Shown here: positions 3,601 to 5,522 of the stretch, in pieces | How positions within the stretch are numbered: the stretch's first letter is position 1 | Layout: every line of letters begins with the position of its first letter | DNA from: Okeania sp. | GTDB lineage: Bacteria > Cyanobacteriota > Cyanobacteriia > Cyanobacteriales > Microcoleaceae | Length of the DNA: 5,522 nucleotides | Assembly (NCBI RefSeq): GCF_035285525.1 | Contig: NZ_JAYKGW010000196.1 | Span: forward strand, 1 to 5,522 | Reading direction: 5' to 3' | The notes under the pieces: model-generated | Databases searched by the model: none | What the model saw: the letters and a program-made list of their open reading frames with translations, nothing else | Told to the model about the DNA's origin: nothing | Position numbers and translations under genes: made by a program

Positions 3601-5394
3601 GTAGAAAAAGTTACTATTTTGTCTGGGGTTAAAGACCAAACTCCGACGGTGGAAACAACTTCTACACAAGTAGAAAAAGTTACTATTTTGCCTAAGTTAA
3701 GAGACAAAAATTCTGAAGCAAAAGAACAAGAATTATTAGGTTTATCAGGAGTAACGGTTGAAAAGTTTTGGGAAATTATTAATCCAGTAATTTCAAACAT
3801 AGATGGAAAAAGAGATGTTTCTCAACCTGCTATTAGTATTCTGACTCCTACTTGGAATTCTTCTTTAGATTGGTTTGTCGAAACAGTTTTAAGTGTTTTA
3901 AACCAATCTATTATTAACTGGGAATGGTGTATTGTTGATGATTGTTCTAAACAAGAAGAAATTAAAAATGTTCTGGTAGGTTTAGCAGAAAAAGAACCGA
4001 GAATTAAAGTTCTACTTTCTGAAGAGAATGGTAATATTAGTGCTACGACAAATAAAGCTTTAAAAATGGCTACAGGAGAATTTATTTGTATGTTAGACCA
4101 TGATGATACTCTCGCACCTACCGCTTTAGAAGATAGTTTAAATAAGTTAGCGGAAGGATTTGATGTGGTTTATTCTGATGAAGATAAAATTGATTTTTCT
4201 GGATTAAATTATGTCGTTCCATTTTTTAAACCTGACTGGTCTCCTGAATATTTTCGTGGTGTAATGTATGTTGGTCATTTATTATGTGTACGTCGAGAAA
4301 TAGCTTTAGCTGTTGGAGGTTTTAACAGTCAGTTTGATGGGGTGCAAGACTATGAGTTTATGTTACGAGTTTCTGAGCAAACTAATAATATTGCTCATAT
4401 TCCTAAACATCTTTATCATTGGCGACAAGTGAGGGGAAGTTTATCTGGAGATCCTGATGCTAAACCGGGTATTGAAAAAGTACAACAAGCTGCGGTTAAT
4501 GCTCATTTACAAAGAGTTGGTTTACCAGCAAAAGCGGAACCTGGTTTGGGTAGACATTTGGTAAATATTAATCCTTTCCCAAGAAAGAATTTTCCTTTGA
4601 TGAGTTTGATTATTGCTTCTCCTAATATTTCTGAAAGTCTCAATCAATGGTTGGAAAAATTCTTGTCTCTTTCTATTTATCCCCAAAATGAAGTAATTAT
4701 AGTTGGTGAGAATGTAGAAAAAGATGTAATTAAAAATCCTCATGTGAAGGTTTTAAGTTTATCGGATAAGTTCACTTATTCTCGTGCTTATAATTTGGGT
4801 GCAAAAACTACTAAAGGTGAATATTTTGTTTTTCTAAATACTGATTTAGAACCTACAGTTAATGATTGGCAAAGACATCTTTTATATTATGCTGAACAAC
4901 CGGATATTGGTGCTGTGGGAGGATTTTTAGTTGCGCCTAATGGAACTGTTCAACACGCAGGTATTGTGTTAAGAAAGTCGGAAAAAGTTAATTATGTGAT
5001 GCAAGGTTTTCCGACTAATGATTATGGTTATGCAGGTTCTTTGGTTTGTGCAAGAGAGGTGTCTGCTGTGAGTAAAGATTGTTTGATGGTGAGTCGGAAA
5101 AATTTTGAGTTAGTTGGAGGTTTTAATAAGTATTATCATTCTAATTATCCGGATGTTGATTTATGTTTGAAGTTGCGAAAAGAAGGTAAACAAATTATGT
5201 TTACTCCTCGTTGTGTTTTAATTAACCGTAAGTCAGAGGAAGATATACAGGAAAATTATGATTTTCTTGATTATGAGTTGTTGTTAGAACAATGGCAAGT
5301 TAATCTGGAGTTGGGAGACCCTTATTATAATCCTAATTTTGATGTTGAAAAGAATGATTATTCTGTCTGGAAGAAGGAAGACAAGGAAGACTAA
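637..5394 (+). CDS. Multidomain glycan-biosynthesis/modification protein: sulfotransferase, class I SAM-dependent methyltransferase and two GT2 glycosyltransferase domains, with a triplicated 104-aa domain of unknown function
   Basis: A 4758-nt open frame in AT-rich DNA, where the other five frames are full of stops. Enzyme motifs appear in a sensible order: HVPKAAGT and FREPVRRLISDY, then VLEIGCGIGN, GFDFS and LKPGGRLLF, then ISILTPTWN, DDCS, DHDD and YSDEDK, then FLNTDLE, GTVQHAGIV and YPDVDLCLKLR, and finally DPYYNPNF. No TM-length hydrophobic segment is visible. The start is uncertain between ATG 637 and the in-frame ATG 652, and neither has a strong RBS. The stop is TAA at 5392-5394. Confidence 0.95.
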   Translation: MEKVEMVNKQPQQLAVTTGFLDQVAIENETICLSGWVISFESEPVTNFKILFGSKQLTEFSLTQGIPSPAVKKAHPNISAATNARFIIRLPMNKERQEEFKDALIILIPLVENREGEPLLNAVTPALSSAIKTPKADNIPTTTPQVELISVHVPKAAGTAFRQILLQVYGTQGVLTDKTDMFEENMPASIHWQTKVIEGHFRAGKYDELFPNAKRITWFREPVRRLISDYCFRHISNPTKDHLNKDKLLKFAQGNSNLMAYCVNGKSLDYFDFVGITEYFAEDLLALKNLLGWSDYEVVYQNRNPYPEYVQFQKEVFSDQKLMDKLASANSQDMELYAAALKLAEGRRRKEEGGSAISLLEKDIVNLDRHLVTEKTELLPTFGSLDKAEFDNEELRLVGWVVSPDSGKVKGFKLTIGNTRIEKFEAALNLPSPDVKKLRPDLNNSGQSRFRIKVLLSQEQILQYQNSQIGLIPIFKDGEGKVLLKGLGNSKTATFSEAPQVSEQPKLIAPIETITTVGHLDQVTISNQSLVISGWVGSHNFGSVEGFKVVINGEKFASFAKKLGLPSPDIAKARPKLNNAKSSRFRLEVSLSPEQLQNCENSLISLTPIFQGKEGNILFKLFKPSLSIPDDKYIGGGKNNFIPRSFKFLGNFIQNVGLQPTAEVLEIGCGIGNIAYGLSYYLKSPGRYAGFDFSEELISWAQQNITTEKPHFKFSRIDSDLQLPDDEKSFDFVFINARFTQVGGSEVRNYLEQVYRVLKPGGRLLFNCFLVNQQSEKLIAQGRSSQPLVHRLQEGFAKDKNAIEKGMGFLESLLLEWVNNAGFNMLGKSYGSWCGRIGCTSYPDMLIVEKEEVRKSEVRSQKSEVGIRKEEVKKLEVDVEKSEESQSEVSIQKQEEVAKIIPETTPSISPLLTEIMADLEKSKTDIQEMEADLERFKSRKKNTSNKNLSELEAQTPMKKKSITEEIELDTILSGVKDQTPTVETISKPVEKVTILSGVKDQTPTVETTSTQVEKVTILPKLRDKNSEAKEQELLGLSGVTVEKFWEIINPVISNIDGKRDVSQPAISILTPTWNSSLDWFVETVLSVLNQSIINWEWCIVDDCSKQEEIKNVLVGLAEKEPRIKVLLSEENGNISATTNKALKMATGEFICMLDHDDTLAPTALEDSLNKLAEGFDVVYSDEDKIDFSGLNYVVPFFKPDWSPEYFRGVMYVGHLLCVRREIALAVGGFNSQFDGVQDYEFMLRVSEQTNNIAHIPKHLYHWRQVRGSLSGDPDAKPGIEKVQQAAVNAHLQRVGLPAKAEPGLGRHLVNINPFPRKNFPLMSLIIASPNISESLNQWLEKFLSLSIYPQNEVIIVGENVEKDVIKNPHVKVLSLSDKFTYSRAYNLGAKTTKGEYFVFLNTDLEPTVNDWQRHLLYYAEQPDIGAVGGFLVAPNGTVQHAGIVLRKSEKVNYVMQGFPTNDYGYAGSLVCAREVSAVSKDCLMVSRKNFELVGGFNKYYHSNYPDVDLCLKLRKEGKQIMFTPRCVLINRKSEEDIQENYDFLDYELLLEQWQVNLELGDPYYNPNFDVEKNDYSVWKKEDKED
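685..996 (+). other. Domain X copy 1 (aa 17-120), unknown function, possibly a beta-sandwich or carbohydrate-binding module
   Basis: Aligns without gaps over 104 aa to aa 381-484 (36/104 identical by hand count). Shared motifs are TxGxLD, GWV, FK, PSPxV/IxK..P, RF, IP and EG..L. Confidence 0.7.
1072..1671 (+). other. PAPS-dependent sulfotransferase-like domain (aa ~146-345)
   Basis: ISVHVPKAAGTAF (nt 1090-1113 encode HVPKAAGT) resembles the hxPKxxGT 5'-phosphosulfate-binding loop of the Sulfotransfer_2-type family. WFREPVRRLISDY resembles the RxPxxRxxSxY 3'-phosphate-binding motif, and EGHF supplies a candidate catalytic His. The assignment rests on motif memory, not a search. Confidence 0.7.
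1669..1703 (+). repeat. Heptamer tandem repeat GAAGGAG x3 perfect (1676-1696), with imperfect flanking units, inside the CDS
   Basis: The sequence reads gaaggaa gaaggag gaaggag gaaggag gaagtgc. Three perfect units total 21 nt, so the frame is kept, and the region encodes EGRRRKEEGGS. It sits exactly between the sulfotransferase domain and domain X copy 2. Confidence 0.9.
1777..2088 (+). other. Domain X copy 2 (aa 381-484)
   Basis: Gap-free 104-aa alignment to copy 3 with 48/104 identities by hand count (TFGSLD..GWV..GFK..LPSPDVKKLRPDLNN..SRFRI..LIPIF..EGKVLL). Confidence 0.75.
2182..2493 (+). other. Domain X copy 3 (aa 516-619)
   Basis: TVGHLD..GWV..GFK..LPSPDIAKARPKLNN..SRFRL..LTPIF..EGNILF. 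See copies 1 and 2. Confidence 0.75.
2554..3180 (+). other. Class I SAM-dependent methyltransferase domain (aa ~640-848)
   Basis: Motif I is VLEIGCGIGNIA (nt 2626-2655). The acidic post-I residue lies in GFDFS. FDFVFINA is motif II-like, and VLKPGGRLLFN is the typical motif after it. Confidence 0.85.
3200..3234 (+). repeat. Heptamer tandem repeat AGTCAGA x3 perfect (3200-3220), plus aatcaga and a partial unit, inside the CDS
   Basis: The sequence reads agtcaga agtcaga agtcaga aatcaga agttggt. Three perfect units total 21 nt and encode KSEVRSQ. The repeat lies at the start of the linker after the methyltransferase domain. The following ~100 nt hold many degenerate NAGAAGT copies. Confidence 0.9.
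3508..3517 (+). repeat. Homopolymeric A10 tract inside the CDS (codons KKK+S after Met957)
   Basis: The sequence reads atg aaaaaaaaaa gt, with ten consecutive A at 3508-3517. Confidence 0.95.
3544..3692 (+). repeat. 69-bp tandem duplication (3544-3612 and 3613-3681), plus the first ~11 nt of a third unit, inside the CDS linker
   Basis: The two units differ at 4 of 69 positions by hand alignment. They encode TILSGVKDQTPTVETISKPVEKV and TILSGVKDQTPTVETTSTQVEKV. The third unit starts actattttgcct and then diverges. Confidence 0.95.
3829..4431 (+). other. GT2 (GT-A fold) glycosyltransferase domain A (aa ~1065-1265)
   Basis: ISILTPTWN (N-terminal beta-strand), VDDCS, DHDD as the DxD motif (nt 4096-4107), YSDEDK, GGFN...QDYEFMLR and LYHWRQ. 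This is the pattern typical of the N-terminal half of two-domain GT2 O-antigen/S-layer glycan transferases. Confidence 0.85.
4594..5241 (+). other. Second GT2-like glycosyltransferase domain B (aa ~1320-1535)
   Basis: MSLIIASPN, YSRAYNLGAKTTKGEYFVFLNTDLE, IGAVGGFLVAPNGTVQHAGIV, VSAVSKDCLMVSRKNFELVGGFN and YPDVDLCLKLRKEGKQIMFTP, followed by the DPYYNPNF tail. It matches the common C-terminal GT2 half, which I remember as LNxD...QHAG...EDVDLCLR. Confidence 0.75.
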
Positions 5395-5522
5395 GGAAGA
5401 CTAAGGTAGACAAGGTAGACAAGGTAGACAAGGTAGACAAGGTAGACAAGGTAGACAAGGTAGACAAGGTAGACAAGGTAGACAAGGTAGACAAGGTAGA
5501 CAAGGTAGACAAGGTAGACAAG
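5374..5522. repeat. Nonamer tandem array: AAGGAAGAC x3 (two T insertions between units) then AAGGTAGAC x13 perfect, plus a partial unit. It runs off the right window edge.
   Basis: AAGGAAGAC units lie at 5374, 5383 and 5393, with single T at 5392 and 5402. AAGGTAGAC units run from 5403 every 9 nt to 5519, then aag to 5522. The first two variant units encode the C-terminal KEDKED of the CDS. Confidence 0.97.

Larger units (their letters stand above)
3181..3828 (+). other. Charged, low-complexity, coiled-coil-like linker (aa 849-1064) with internal repeats
   Basis: The linker opens with a K/E/S/V-rich (K/S)EV repeat segment (EEVRKSEVRSQKSEVGIRKEEVKKLEVDVEKSEESQSEV). Next is a heptad-like helix segment (LLTEIMADLEKSKTDIQEMEADLERFKSRKK). 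Two 23-aa tandem repeats follow (TILSGVKDQTPTVET.S..VEKV). No enzyme motifs are present. Confidence 0.7.

Noticed and set aside
3414-3800. Minus-strand ORF (128 aa)
   Set aside because: It is antisense to the linker. Its internal repeat (VVSTVGVWSLTPDKIVTFST x2) is just the reverse reading of the 69-bp duplication. It has no independent coding evidence.
4522-4743. Minus-strand ORF (73 aa)
   Set aside because: It is antisense to the GT2-B domain, whose plus-strand motifs are clear. It is short, has low-complexity N/I/F/Y-rich composition, and shows no start context.
5333-5521. Minus-strand ORF (MSTLSTLSTL...)
   Set aside because: It is open only because the nonamer array has no stop in that phase. 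The (STL)n peptide is a repeat artefact, and the ORF overlaps the real CDS terminus.

Overview
This AT-rich window (about one-third G+C by eye) is dominated by one uninterrupted 4758-nt ORF (637..5394, + strand, 1585 aa). Two tandem-repeat arrays flank it, and both run off the window edges. The first is a ~75-bp unit present as 4 copies plus a decayed fifth at 1..~350. The second is a 9-bp repeat at 5374..5522 (3 AAGGAAGAC variants, then 13 perfect AAGGTAGAC) that overlaps the stop codon. By eye-level motif recognition, with no database search possible, the ORF is a cytoplasmic multi-enzyme. Its order is: unknown 104-aa module, PAPS-type sulfotransferase, two more copies of the 104-aa module, class I SAM methyltransferase, a ~216-aa charged/coiled/repetitive linker, a GT2 glycosyltransferase, and a second GT2-like glycosyltransferase. 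This resembles the polymerise-and-cap enzymes of ABC-transporter-dependent glycan pathways (WbdD/WbdA, WbbB, WsaE). The modifying half here is a sulfotransferase plus methyltransferase pair, which I do not recognise from characterised systems. The interdomain linkers carry four slippage-prone DNA repeats: two heptamer repeats present as frame-preserving triplets, an A10 run, and a 94%-identical 69-bp tandem duplication. The heptamer (STRR-like) repeats, codon usage and domain repertoire suggest a cyanobacterium, possibly filamentous, but this is a low-confidence guess. No tRNA, rRNA, CRISPR, transposase or second CDS can be supported. All minus-strand ORFs on the track look like antisense or repeat artefacts. 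No convincing promoter or terminator was found.
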